The notes beneath the pieces are model-generated. The model made no database searches and was not told the DNA's origin. It saw only the letters and a list, made by a program, of their open reading frames with translations. Below are positions 1-9,813 of a DNA stretch of 32,000 nt, piece after piece. The position numbers and the translations under genes were made by a program. Where the stretch lies: positions 1,980,001-2,012,000 of the forward strand of contig NZ_AP012549.1 in assembly GCF_000829235.1 (NCBI RefSeq), read 5' to 3'. Each line of letters opens with the position of its first letter. The stretch's first letter is position 1. The DNA is from a cyanobacterium endosymbiont of Epithemia turgida isolate EtSB Lake Yunoko (GTDB taxonomy: Bacteria; Cyanobacteriota; Cyanobacteriia; Cyanobacteriales; Microcystaceae).

Positions 1-67
1 TAATAGGGTCGACGTAAGAAATGAATACCCCTATCATCTATAGTTGAGCCCCAACATTTAGACTCAT

Positions 68-2506
68 TTAACTACGAAGTGTTACCTTAAATTTTTTCAC
101 TAAAGCGTTGCGAATTTTGTCGTGAATCGGTTCAACATCCTCATCAGTTAAAGTGCGATTGCCTGCACGATAAACTAGACTGAAGGCTAGACTCCGTTCT
201 CCTTTAGGAACATTTTCTCCTTGATATTGATCGAATAATTCAACCCCTACAAGTAATTTTCCCCCCGCTTCGTTTATCACTTGAGTTAAGTCTGCAACGG
301 AAACTTTTAAAGACGCAAAAAAGGCTAAATCTCGTTCCACTGCGGGATAGCTAGAATAGAGACCTAAAATAGGGTTCATTAACTCCTCTTGTCCTAACGT
401 TTCTAACAACATGTTGAAATTCAGTGTGAAAGCATATACTGCATCAATTAAATCTTTTTCTTGTCGTAATCGAGGGTGCAATTGTCCAAAAATTCCTAAT
501 TGTTTTTTACTAACCCATAAAGATGCAGTCCGGCCAGGATGTAACCTTTCATCACTATTATCGGGTTGGTAAGTTACATCTAACCCTAAACTGACAAAAA
601 CACTTTCGAGTATACCTTTTGCTTCATACCACCCCATAAATACTGACTTTCCGCTGCGAATCCACCGTCCTTGAGGAAACATATCACCGCCCATAATTCC
701 TACAACTTCGTCCAATTCTTGATATTTTTCATCAACTATACGGAAAGTTGGCCCAATTTCAAAAGCATTGAATGCACCATTTCCTTGAGACTGGTTATAA
801 GCAAACGCATCAATTAAAGCATCAAGTAGATTAGTTCGTAACGCTGCGTATTCAGCAAATAAGGGGTTAGCAATGATAATATCTGCTTTTTCTGGTTTAA
901 CTAATGAATATTGAATAACTTCCGTCAACCCTACCGCGCGGAATACCTCCCGAACCTTACGTTGAACCTGATAGTCAAAAGAGAGTCCCCCAGGTTCAGT
1001 TTTATCAGGAAGTTCATCACAAAAATGCTCGTAACCATACAGACGCGCTACCTCTTCAATTAAATCAATTTCCCGTTTTAAATCCTGATAACGGTAGGAA
1101 GGAACCGAAACTTTCCAAACATTATTTCCACCTTTAACGGGGCTTAAATCACATCCTAGATTAATTAGAATGCGCTCTACATCTATTGCAGCCACATTAG
1201 CTGTTGTACCATTTTTTTTAATTGGACCTAAAATCTGATGTATTCGTTCTAATCTTAGAATAATGGATTCGGTTGACAAATCCGGACGATTATCTTCTAT
1301 AACTTGAGTGACAGGGGTTCCTTCTGCTAACTCTGCAATCAGAGCGATCGCAAGATTACACGCAATTTCTAACTCAGATTGATTAATCCCCCTTTCATAT
1401 CTTGCAGAAGACTCGCTACGTAGACTCTGGCAACGAGAGGAACGACGAATTGTTACTTGATCAAACAAAGCCGCTTCAAGGACGATATTTTGAGTAGTGT
1501 CGTCCACCTTGGTTTCGTATCCTCCCATAACTCCCGCTAAAGCAACAGGTTTATCATTAGCAGTAACAATTAAATTAGCAGATTTTAAATTTCTTTCTTG
1601 CTCATCTAGTGTTTTTAATGTTTCTTTTTCTGTTGCAAATCGTACCCCTAACGTTAACGGTGTTTCTTTTGCAACGGTTTCCAGTTTATCTCGATCAAAT
1701 GCGTGGAGAGGCTGTCCCCATTCCAACATAATTAAATTTGTTACATCCACCACATTATTAATGGGACGGACTCCTGCTACTTCAAGTCTGTTTTGCAACC
1801 ATTTAGGCGACTGTACAATTCTCACGTTTTCAATGACGGTTCCTATATATGCAGAACAAATATTTCCGTCTGATACTTTAACTTTGAGAAAATAGGAAGA
1901 CTTTTGAGGAAAAAAAACTTTCGGAGATTTTGGTAAGTTTAATTCTCCACCTGTTAATGCTGCAACTTCCCGCGCAATCCCCACCATACTCAACGCATCT
2001 GCGCGGTTTGCAGTAGGACTAATATCAAAGATAATATCATCCAATCCTAAAAAAGGACGAGCATCAGTTCCTAATTCTAGGATATCATCCTCAAAAATAT
2101 GGATTCCAGCGAATTTATTCGATAAACCAACTTCAGCAAGGGAGCAGATCATCCCCTCGGATTTTACTCCTCGAAGTTTTGCGGGTTGAATTTTCAGGTT
2201 AATTTTGGGCAAATAGGTTCCTATGGTAGCCACAGCAACAATGCTATTAGATGCCACATTAGGTGCACCGCAGACGATATTTAAATAAGTTTCCTTACCA
2301 ATATCTACTTGACAGATACTTAATTTATCTGCGTTGGGATGGGGTTGGCAATCAATGATTTTTCCAATCACTACTCCATCTGCCCATTGACGATGATCTT
2401 CTATTTTATCGACCTCCAATCCTGCTATAGTTAAAATATCTGCTAATGCTTCAGGGGAGAGGGTGACATTTACTAATTCCTTTAGCCAGTTGACCGAAAT
2501 CTTCAT
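68..2506 (-). CDS. pheT: phenylalanine--tRNA ligase beta subunit
   Basis: Uninterrupted 812-aa ORF. N-terminal tRNA-binding domain ([12 protein letters not shown]...), central B3/4-B5 region and C-terminal ferredoxin-fold anticodon-binding-like domain, in the order and length typical of bacterial PheT. Confidence 0.95.
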   Translation of the reverse strand: MKISVNWLKELVNVTLSPEALADILTIAGLEVDKIEDHRQWADGVVIGKIIDCQPHPNADKLSICQVDIGKETYLNIVCGAPNVASNSIVAVATIGTYLPKINLKIQPAKLRGVKSEGMICSLAEVGLSNKFAGIHIFEDDILELGTDARPFLGLDDIIFDISPTANRADALSMVGIAREVAALTGGELNLPKSPKVFFPQKSSYFLKVKVSDGNICSAYIGTVIENVRIVQSPKWLQNRLEVAGVRPINNVVDVTNLIMLEWGQPLHAFDRDKLETVAKETPLTLGVRFATEKETLKTLDEQERNLKSANLIVTANDKPVALAGVMGGYETKVDDTTQNIVLEAALFDQVTIRRSSRCQSLRSESSARYERGINQSELEIACNLAIALIAELAEGTPVTQVIEDNRPDLSTESIILRLERIHQILGPIKKNGTTANVAAIDVERILINLGCDLSPVKGGNNVWKVSVPSYRYQDLKREIDLIEEVARLYGYEHFCDELPDKTEPGGLSFDYQVQRKVREVFRAVGLTEVIQYSLVKPEKADIIIANPLFAEYAALRTNLLDALIDAFAYNQSQGNGAFNAFEIGPTFRIVDEKYQELDEVVGIMGGDMFPQGRWIRSGKSVFMGWYEAKGILESVFVSLGLDVTYQPDNSDERLHPGRTASLWVSKKQLGIFGQLHPRLRQEKDLIDAVYAFTLNFNMLLETLGQEELMNPILGLYSSYPAVERDLAFFASLKVSVADLTQVINEAGGKLLVGVELFDQYQGENVPKGERSLAFSLVYRAGNRTLTDEDVEPIHDKIRNALVKKFKVTLRS

Positions 2507-4049
2507 GGTGTTTTGATTTGCTTTGTTGTCTATGATCGTGACCAGTTCTTAGTTTATCGTCTCTATGGTTTATCTTGTAGCTAAAGAGATGATCGTTTAT
2601 AACTGAGTGCGTTTAATCTGAGAAAACCTATTATTTTTAGTCATGAACACAAATGAAGTTAAAAACATTATCTTTTTAAGTTCTAATTATATTTTTTATC
2701 AAAAAGAGAATTTTATTTAACTAAAACTAAGACATTTAATATCCGTACTTTTGATTATCACAAAAACTAAAAAATATCTTTAATAGGGTTTTTGAACTAA
2801 TAAAAATTAAAAATATCTAACTATAAAATAGTAATTATTAGCTTGTTATATATTTTTTATATTTAAACGTATTATTCAATAGAATTTTGGTTACTTATGA
2901 TAGTGATTATAAAATATTTTTTTTGTTCTGCCTTAATATTGATAACTTTTGATAAAAATTCAATCTTTTATTTATTTTTTGTGTTTTAGATAAGAACAAG
3001 ACACTAAACTGTGTTTAACAGGACAAAAGTAAGTATGAGCCAAATATATGTATTATGGCTATCATGAATAGTAAGTTTTAAAAACGACATCATTAAATAT
3101 GATTGTCATTATTATCTTGATTTTTACGATAGAAAAAATCAAGATAATAATTGATTATATTATGCAATATAAGGTAATAAAACCTAAAATTATATGATTA
3201 AATAATCTGAATTATGTATTAATTGAGGTGACAATTTTTTGCAAAATATAAATATATACTGATCTAAATTATCAAGTACTAAATAATTAGATAACGAAAT
3301 CTATGAGCCAAAATAATAAATAAATCAATTAAGTTACTAGCGATCATACTATGGGATTCTGAAAATCCCTAAATGATAACAATCTCTCCATTATATTGTT
3401 CATGGCGTTATAGACTGTTTTCTGTCATTAGTTTGATACTTGATCCAAGGTAAGATTAAGTTGTTGTTAAATATAGAAACCTAGTTTGGGCACAAGCCAC
3501 TATCATATTTCTTAAAAAATGAAATCTAAAACCATTATCATTCTCACAATTAAGAATTAACAATTAAGTAAACCAGATTATCGAGAAGAAACATTAATGG
3601 TTTACAAAAAAACAATTGTCAGTGATTGCTTGGCGTAAACAAATAGCCTTAATAGAACTAAGAATCATGACAATTAAGGCTAAAATTGAGGCAGGAATTT
3701 AAGCGTCTGCTCTCCACGCTTTTGCTATCAAAATTTGCACTAAAAATTAAAAATAAATGGTTTGATTCAAAGTACATTCCTATCAACGGAATACGGAATA
3801 AATTATCAGTGCTGAAGCTGGGCTGAACTGTTAGAACATAAAAAAGTCAGAAGTTCGATCGGACATCCTCGAGCATGGGTCCTAATTGCAACAATAATGA
3901 AATTAAGGGATTAGCAATGGCTCATTGAACTAGCCTTAACTAGTCGAGTATGATGGGGTTTCGGATCTTATCGATCTGTCAGGAAATGTGAGGAGGCCCT
4001 ATGGTGAACGCAGAAAGATAATTTATGCAAATTTTTCGAAGAAAACAAT
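2507..4049. other. AT-rich non-coding spacer (1543 bp) with no credible ORF
   Basis: No ORF in the six-frame track. Stop codons are dense in all frames. It lies between the divergently oriented pheT and rimK starts. Confidence 0.8.
3108..3151. repeat. perfect inverted repeat, 18-bp arms, 8-nt loop (hairpin)
   Basis: Read directly: ATTATTATCTTGATTTTT (3108-3125), loop ACGATAGA, AAAAATCAAGATAATAAT (3134-3151). The arms are exact reverse complements. Confidence 0.95.
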
Positions 4050-4955
4050 ATGAGAATAGCCATTTTATCTGAAGATGCCTCTCTTTATTCTACCAAGCGT
4101 CTTATAGAAGCTGGAAAAGAGAGAGGACACGAAATGTATGTTGTTAATTATCTCAGTTGCTACATGAATATTGTAACTCAAAAACCTTCAGTAGTTTATC
4201 AAGGTCAACTGCTGGAAAACTTTGACGCAATTATTCCCCGCATTGGTGCATCAAGGACATTCTATGGAACTGCAGTGGTAAGACAGTTTGAGATAATGGG
4301 AGTCTTTAGTGCCAACGAATCCCAGTCTATTGCCCGCTCTAGGGACAAACTCCGTTGCTTACAAATTCTTGCCCGTGAAGGAGTTAGATTACCTGTTACG
4401 GGTTTCGCTCATGCTACCACAGATGTTGATGGCTTAATTGAGATTGTCGGCGGTGCACCTCTGGTGATTAAATTGCTAGAAGGAACCCAAGGAATTGGCG
4501 TGGTATTGGCTGAAACCCACCAAGCTGCTAAGTCAGTTATTGAAGCGTTCCGGAAATTGAATGCCAATATCTTAGTACAAGAATTTATTGAAGAAGCTGG
4601 GGGTGCAGATACTCGCTGTTTCGTTATAGCAAACAAAGTAGTTGCGTCGATGAAAAGACAAAGTGTAGACGGGGAATTTCGCTCAAACCTACACCGAGGC
4701 GGGAAGTCCGAGAAAATTAAGTTAACCCCAGAAGAGCGGGATATTGCCGTAAGGTCTGCTAGGGCAATGGGGTTGAGAATTGCTGGGGTAGATATAATTA
4801 GTTCTAATCGGGGTCCGGTGGTAATAGAAGTTAATTCTTCCCCAGGGTTAGAAGGAATTGAAAAAGCAACAGAGATAGACGTAGCAGGAAAGATTATAGA
4901 ATTTTTAGCCCAACATACCACCTTTGACAAAAAACGTGGTCGTATTCAATATTAA
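4050..4955 (+). CDS. rimK: ATP-grasp ribosomal protein S6--L-glutamate ligase family (RimK)
   Basis: 301 aa, colinear with E. coli RimK over the whole length. Recognisable blocks: [55 protein letters not shown]. Confidence 0.92.
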   Translation: MRIAILSEDASLYSTKRLIEAGKERGHEMYVVNYLSCYMNIVTQKPSVVYQGQLLENFDAIIPRIGASRTFYGTAVVRQFEIMGVFSANESQSIARSRDKLRCLQILAREGVRLPVTGFAHATTDVDGLIEIVGGAPLVIKLLEGTQGIGVVLAETHQAAKSVIEAFRKLNANILVQEFIEEAGGADTRCFVIANKVVASMKRQSVDGEFRSNLHRGGKSEKIKLTPEERDIAVRSARAMGLRIAGVDIISSNRGPVVIEVNSSPGLEGIEKATEIDVAGKIIEFLAQHTTFDKKRGRIQY

Positions 4956-4965
4956 GAGGTCAAAA

Positions 4966-5931
4966 TTGACAGAAAATTTGCAGTCAGAACCTATTGAAAT
5001 TGTAGGAGAGGTGATCACGCCGGGAGAATGTCGTCGTTTAGAACTTCCCATTGCTCGCTTACCTACCCAAACTTTGGTTTCTCTCCCTATTACAGTAATC
5101 AATGGCTTAAACTCAGGACCAAAACTTTGGCTCAGTGCGGCTATTCACGGAGATGAACTCAATGGGGTAGAAATTATCCGTCAAGTGGTTGAAAATATTG
5201 AGCCAAAACTCTTACGCGGCACTTTAATTGCTGTACCTATTGTCAATGTCTTCGGTTTGATTGGACAGTCCCGGTATTTACCCGACAGAAGAGATCTAAA
5301 TCGCTCATTTCCCGGCTCTAAAAATGGTTCTCTTGCTTCACGATTAGCGTACCTATTTATGAAAGAGATTGTTAGCCACAGTACATATGGTATCGATTTA
5401 CATACGGCTTCTATGCACAGGACTAATCTCCCTCAGATTCGCGCTAACCTTCAAGATTCAGAAACCCGTCGCTGCGCTAAGGCATTTGGCGCACCCCTAC
5501 TTGTACATGCGATGACTCGTGATGGTTCCCTAAGACAAGCAGCAACAAAAAGAGGTATCCCGATCCTACTTTATGAAGGGGGTGAAGCTTTACGATTCGA
5601 TGCAGAGGCTATTCAAATCGGAGTCGAAGGAATTGAGCGAGTTATGGAGTATTTAAGAATGTATCAGTTTTCTCTTGTACGAATGCCAGTTACGTCAATA
5701 GAAGTGAATAAATCTAAGTGGATACGAGCATCCTGTAGTGGGATTTTTCGCTTAAAGGTAGGGTTAGGGGAAAAAGTGCTGAAAAAGCAGAAGTTGGGAA
5801 TTATTGCCGACGCTTTCGGTGAAAGTAGCATCAAGGTTCGTGCCAGTGTTAATGGGATCGTGATTGGATATACTCAGAATCCTTTAGTTAGTCAGGGTGA
5901 TGGCATTATTCATTTAGCTGTCCTTAACTGA
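4966..5931 (+). CDS. succinylglutamate desuccinylase/aspartoacylase (AstE/AspA, M14-like zinc deacylase) family protein
   Basis: HGDELNG zinc-ligand motif and the length fit the family. The track ORF starts at a TTG at 4924, 32 nt inside rimK. An in-frame TTG at 4966 is preceded by AAGAGG (4954-4959) straddling the rimK stop, so I prefer 4966. The 4924 start is not excluded. Confidence 0.82.
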   Translation: MTENLQSEPIEIVGEVITPGECRRLELPIARLPTQTLVSLPITVINGLNSGPKLWLSAAIHGDELNGVEIIRQVVENIEPKLLRGTLIAVPIVNVFGLIGQSRYLPDRRDLNRSFPGSKNGSLASRLAYLFMKEIVSHSTYGIDLHTASMHRTNLPQIRANLQDSETRRCAKAFGAPLLVHAMTRDGSLRQAATKRGIPILLYEGGEALRFDAEAIQIGVEGIERVMEYLRMYQFSLVRMPVTSIEVNKSKWIRASCSGIFRLKVGLGEKVLKKQKLGIIADAFGESSIKVRASVNGIVIGYTQNPLVSQGDGIIHLAVLN

Positions 5932-5981
5932 GTTATTGCGTTATAACAAGGAGTCGGTACTAAGAGATTTAATCAATCATT

Positions 5982-6695
5982 ATGTGGATTCGTCAATCCA
6001 GCAATATTATCAGTAAAGTTATCTCTCCTGCAGTTCAATTATGGTTGCGTTCCCAACTCGACCACGTAGATACTCTAGAAATAAAGATTCAAGGAAGTGA
6101 TTCCCAGATTTTGGGAGGGTATATTCCAGAAATTCTTATTAAGACTAAGGGTGTAATTTATCAAGGATTACATTTAAATCAAGCAGATGTTACAGGTAAA
6201 AATATCCGCATCAATATTGGACAAATGATTAAAGGAAAACCTTTACAATTACTAGAACCGGTCCAAATTCTTGGGGAAGTTAAATTAACCGAAAACGATT
6301 TACAAGCATCTTTAACTTCTGTTTTATTGGGTGATGCTTTTCAAGAATTATTGATCGCTTTACTAGCATATCAAGGAGTTAGTAATCCTCGGCAGATTTT
6401 AGACCATTATGAAATTAACTGGCAGGAGGTAAACTTAAGTCAGTTAAGTTTTGTGTTACAAGGGTTAGTCTCTAAAAATGAAGTATCTACACAGATTCTT
6501 ATTGAGGGACAATTAGAATTAATGTCCTCGCAAAGTTTACGGTTAATCCTCCTTAATATAGAAGGACTATCGGAATTAATTGATAATTCTTTAGATAAAT
6601 TAGAATTAGATTTAGGACCAGATGTGGTAATTGAGTCCTTAAGTTTAGGAAATAATAAGTTATTTTGTCGAGCGCAATTTTTAATTCTCCCTTAA
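5982..6695 (+). CDS. DUF2993-like (LmeA-family) conserved cyanobacterial protein
   Basis: 237-aa ORF, same strand and 50 nt after the deacylase gene. The repeated beta-rich pattern (..ILGGYIPEILIKTKGVIYQGLHL...GKPLQLLEPVQILGEV.LTENDLQASL) matches my memory of DUF2993 proteins. No database search was possible. Confidence 0.55.
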   Translation: MWIRQSSNIISKVISPAVQLWLRSQLDHVDTLEIKIQGSDSQILGGYIPEILIKTKGVIYQGLHLNQADVTGKNIRINIGQMIKGKPLQLLEPVQILGEVKLTENDLQASLTSVLLGDAFQELLIALLAYQGVSNPRQILDHYEINWQEVNLSQLSFVLQGLVSKNEVSTQILIEGQLELMSSQSLRLILLNIEGLSELIDNSLDKLELDLGPDVVIESLSLGNNKLFCRAQFLILP

Positions 6696-7138
6696 TAATT
6701 AACGATTATTTTTACCCTTGAATGTGATATTGATTGGAATCAGTTATTTTTTCATATATCATATTTTCAGGGAGAACAAGCAGAATAAAATCTTATTAAA
6801 ATTCTTAAATTTTTTATATTTATTAGTATAAAAGTCCGCTTTTAGCAGCTTTACTAGTAAAAAATATGTTATTTGTATTTATTGTTATTAAACTTATCAG
6901 TTAATTATTTGTGGTAAGATAGAAAGGCTTGGAACAAAACCTTTTAAACAAATTATTTTAATAATTTATAAAGTTTATAGCGATTAAAAACAATCTAATT
7001 AATATTAGATTATTGCCACAATTAAAATCGTTTGCACAAGAAGTTTTTGTAAACGTAACTGATACCCTAAGTGACTTCATCTAGGTTAGAGATAATTTAC
7101 AGATTGGCAGATTAAATGAAACCTTCATACAAAGTATG

Positions 7139-7178
7139 ATCTGCTATCTGCTATCTGCTATCTGCTATCTGCTATCTG
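7139..7178. repeat. heptanucleotide tandem repeat (CTGCTAT) x5 plus partial units
   Basis: Read directly: 7141-7175 is five exact CTGCTAT units, flanked by the partial units AT (7139-7140) and CTG (7176-7178). Confidence 0.97.
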
Positions 7179-7688
7179 GAAGATGAAAGGCAATGGTAAA
7201 CTGATGTAGCCAAATATGAAGATCGTGGATTTGAAAAATTGTTTAGGTAAAACAGTCTCCATTTGCCGAGCATTTTTGTTGCAATCTCTAAATCTGTTTT
7301 TGTAAAAAGGACAGAGTGATCGCTATTAATACTAAACTAGCTCAAACCAGATATATTCGTGAAAATCTCAGATTAAGCAAACTCGCAAGATTTATCGATC
7401 AACTTTGCTACTTCAGGGCTTGCTAAAAATTTTGATCATCTGTTTAGCGTCTATTGTTTCGTTAATGTAGACAAAAACAACAGTTTCATTAAATCTATAA
7501 ATGAAATGTGTCGAGAATATAACTTTTTCCTAAACCAATTCTAACGAAATTTCCTAATAGACCCATCGTGGCTTGGACAAAAAGAAAACCCAAGCGGCTC
7601 GTGCTTTTCCAATGAAAAAGTTGAAGGCTTTTTTGAAATTATGTTGATAATGATCAAACTTTTCCCACATTTTATATTCTCAAAACTC

Positions 7689-7994
7689 TTAAGTTGATTG
7701 TGACGAGGTGATTGTTTTCCATCCGATTAACTTATTTCCCATACGAAACAAGACTGTGTTAGCTAATCCTAATTGTTTAATCGCTTGAATAATCTCCTTT
7801 TCAGAGGAGGACAATTTGTTGAGAAAATCAGGACATTGACCACAATCTAGACATACAACCGTTGATGACTCCCAAGATTCTCTAAAAACCCGGCATTTGG
7901 AAGGTAATAATCTAACTAATTGGCGAAATCGATTGATAGCTACTTTTTCTAATTCCACACTTGTACAATTAAAAGATGGATGGAAATTGTTCAT
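7689..7994 (-). CDS. hypothetical small Cys-containing protein (C-x2-C-x2-C-P motif)
   Basis: 101-aa ORF with GAGG 4 nt upstream of the ATG. It contains VCLDCGQCPDF plus two further Cys. I recognise no family. It is isolated in AT-rich DNA, so it could be a relic fragment. Confidence 0.4.
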   Translation of the reverse strand: MNNFHPSFNCTSVELEKVAINRFRQLVRLLPSKCRVFRESWESSTVVCLDCGQCPDFLNKLSSSEKEIIQAIKQLGLANTVLFRMGNKLIGWKTITSSQST

Positions 7995-8785
7995 GAGTCC
8001 TCATAACACAGACGAAGCGAAGCTCGCAATTACCTTTCTCCTTCAGTACTGTCTATGACAACGTCAGGGGAAATGATCTTATAGGATTACTCTATTAACG
8101 CTCTATTAAGATTAGAGCTCCTCAACTTAGAGATAACCATTGATGAAACTAATCATTTGCTGAGTCTATCTTTAATGATAGCATTAATCTAAAATTGTAG
8201 TTGTTACTCTTGTCACGAAACTTTAAAACAAAAGTGTAATAACTCCTATTACAAGGAGAAAAATCATAATAATTCGGAGTAAACCTCTAATAAACAAATT
8301 CAGTTTAGATAAATATAAACATTCTCTACTATGAGAGTTAAAATATAAATTTTTCTGTATGTTACTGAATTTTTAAAAATTTATCGTCATATTATCAATC
8401 GATCCTTACTCAGAGTAAAGTATGAGTTAAAAGATTTAGTCAGAGAAGTTCAAGAATATATTAATGTTATAGAAGAAGTATTAAAAAATACTATCAAATA
8501 ACGAAAGTTGTCGTTACTATATAATTTTTCGATAGTATAAATCCAAATTTATGAATTGGAATTATTTTGATTATCAAGAACTAGATTTCCTTTGTAAGGT
8601 AACTAAATTTTATCACAGATCCTTGAAATAATTATATGAATTATTTAAGTCTCAAGTAAAATAGCTGAAGTTTTTTAAATAATATTTTCTGTCAATGTGA
8701 AACTTCCGTACAAGCAACAAGACTAAAGTGTTAAACAGTGACAACAATTTATGAACAATAACATTTAATTAATGTATATGAAAAA

Positions 8786-8859
8786 TCGGGATGACTGGAT
8801 TCGAACCAGCGGCCCCTTCGTCCCGAACGAAGTGCGCTACCAAGCTGCGCCACATCCCG
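8786..8859 (-). tRNA. tRNA-Pro (anticodon CGG)
   Basis: The reverse complement CGGGATGTGGCGCAGCTTGGTAGCGCACTTCGTTCGGGACGAAGGGGCCGCTGGTTCGAATCCAGTCATCCCGA folds as a cloverleaf. It has a 7-bp acceptor stem, GCGC/GCGC D-stem, CTTCG/CGAAG anticodon stem with loop TTCGGGA, and a TTCGAAT T-loop. The anticodon arm is identical to E. coli proK. CCA is not encoded. Confidence 0.93.
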
Positions 8860-8943
8860 TAGACAATAGATTTCTTAATCTATAATACCATATCTTTTGG
8901 GATACACTGGTATATATTATCCTATCACAGGAGCAAACAGGAC

Positions 8944-9813
8944 GTGACGATTAAACCAAAATGGTTAAGGGTAAAAGCCCCTCAATGGCAACGAGTTGGA
9001 GATGTCAAAGAAATACTAAGAGACTTGGAACTTAATACTGTTTGTGAAGAAGCATCTTGTCCTAATATTGGGGAGTGTTTCAACACACTGACCGCCACCT
9101 TTTTGATTATGGGGACAGCCTGTACCCGTGCTTGCTCTTATTGTAACATTGACTTTAAGAAAAAACCTGAAGCTTTAGATCCCCTTGAACCTCTACACCT
9201 AGCTGAGGCGGTGAAACGTCTCAACCTTAATCATGTGGTAATAACCTCAGTTAACCGAGATGATTTGCCCGATGGAGGTGCTTCTCAATTTGTACGCTGT
9301 GTCGAAGAAATCCGGAAGATTTCTCCAAAAACAACTATTGAAGTACTTATCCCTGATCTATGTGGTGATTGGAAAAGTTTAGCTATAATTCTAAAAGCGC
9401 AACCGGAAGTGCTTAACCACAATACAGAAACTATTCCCCGTTTATATCGACGAGTTCGCCCCCAAGGAGATTACCAACGATCACTCCAACTTTTACAACA
9501 GACTAAAAAATTGACCCCAAAAATTTATACGAAATCTGGCCTCATGGTAGGTTTCGGGGAAACCGATGAAGAAGTCCGTCAAGTTATGGTGGATTTACGC
9601 CAGGTTGACTGTGATATTTTGACTCTTGGACAGTATCTACAACCTTCTCCCAAACATTTAAACATTTACACCTTTATTAACCCAACTCAATTCGATGACT
9701 GGCACAAATTTGGCGAATCTATCGGATTTTTGCAAGTAATATCTTCTCCTTTAACCCGTAGTTCTTACCATGCCGAGCAAGTACGAGAGTTAATGAAACA
9801 ATATCCCCGCTAA
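8944..9813 (+). CDS. lipA: lipoyl synthase
   Basis: 289 aa with a GTG start. Both LipA cluster motifs are present: [12 protein letters not shown] (auxiliary cluster) and CTRACSYC (radical-SAM Cx3Cx2C). C-terminal RSSY motif. Confidence 0.95.
   Translation: MTIKPKWLRVKAPQWQRVGDVKEILRDLELNTVCEEASCPNIGECFNTLTATFLIMGTACTRACSYCNIDFKKKPEALDPLEPLHLAEAVKRLNLNHVVITSVNRDDLPDGGASQFVRCVEEIRKISPKTTIEVLIPDLCGDWKSLAIILKAQPEVLNHNTETIPRLYRRVRPQGDYQRSLQLLQQTKKLTPKIYTKSGLMVGFGETDEEVRQVMVDLRQVDCDILTLGQYLQPSPKHLNIYTFINPTQFDDWHKFGESIGFLQVISSPLTRSSYHAEQVRELMKQYPR

Noticed and set aside
1497-1895. 132-aa plus-strand ORF inside pheT. The same applies to other antisense or overlapping track ORFs: 4409-4930, 4905-5102, 13606-13812, 17241-17453, 20659-20850, 20888-21124, 20995-21180, 22466-22681 and 30439-30669.
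   Set aside because: Each lies entirely within, and antisense or out of frame to, a well-supported conserved gene. Each has a low-complexity, non-protein-like translation and no ribosome-binding site that I can see. These are typical shadow ORFs.
3950-4012. Minus-strand CGTTCACC (complement of 4003-4010), reminiscent of the 5' P1 strand of the cyanobacterial glutamine (glnA-motif) riboswitch
   Set aside because: The other conserved elements that I remember (the GGAAGUAGG-like junction and the closing AAGGAACG strand) are absent downstream on that strand. No glutamine-related gene follows.
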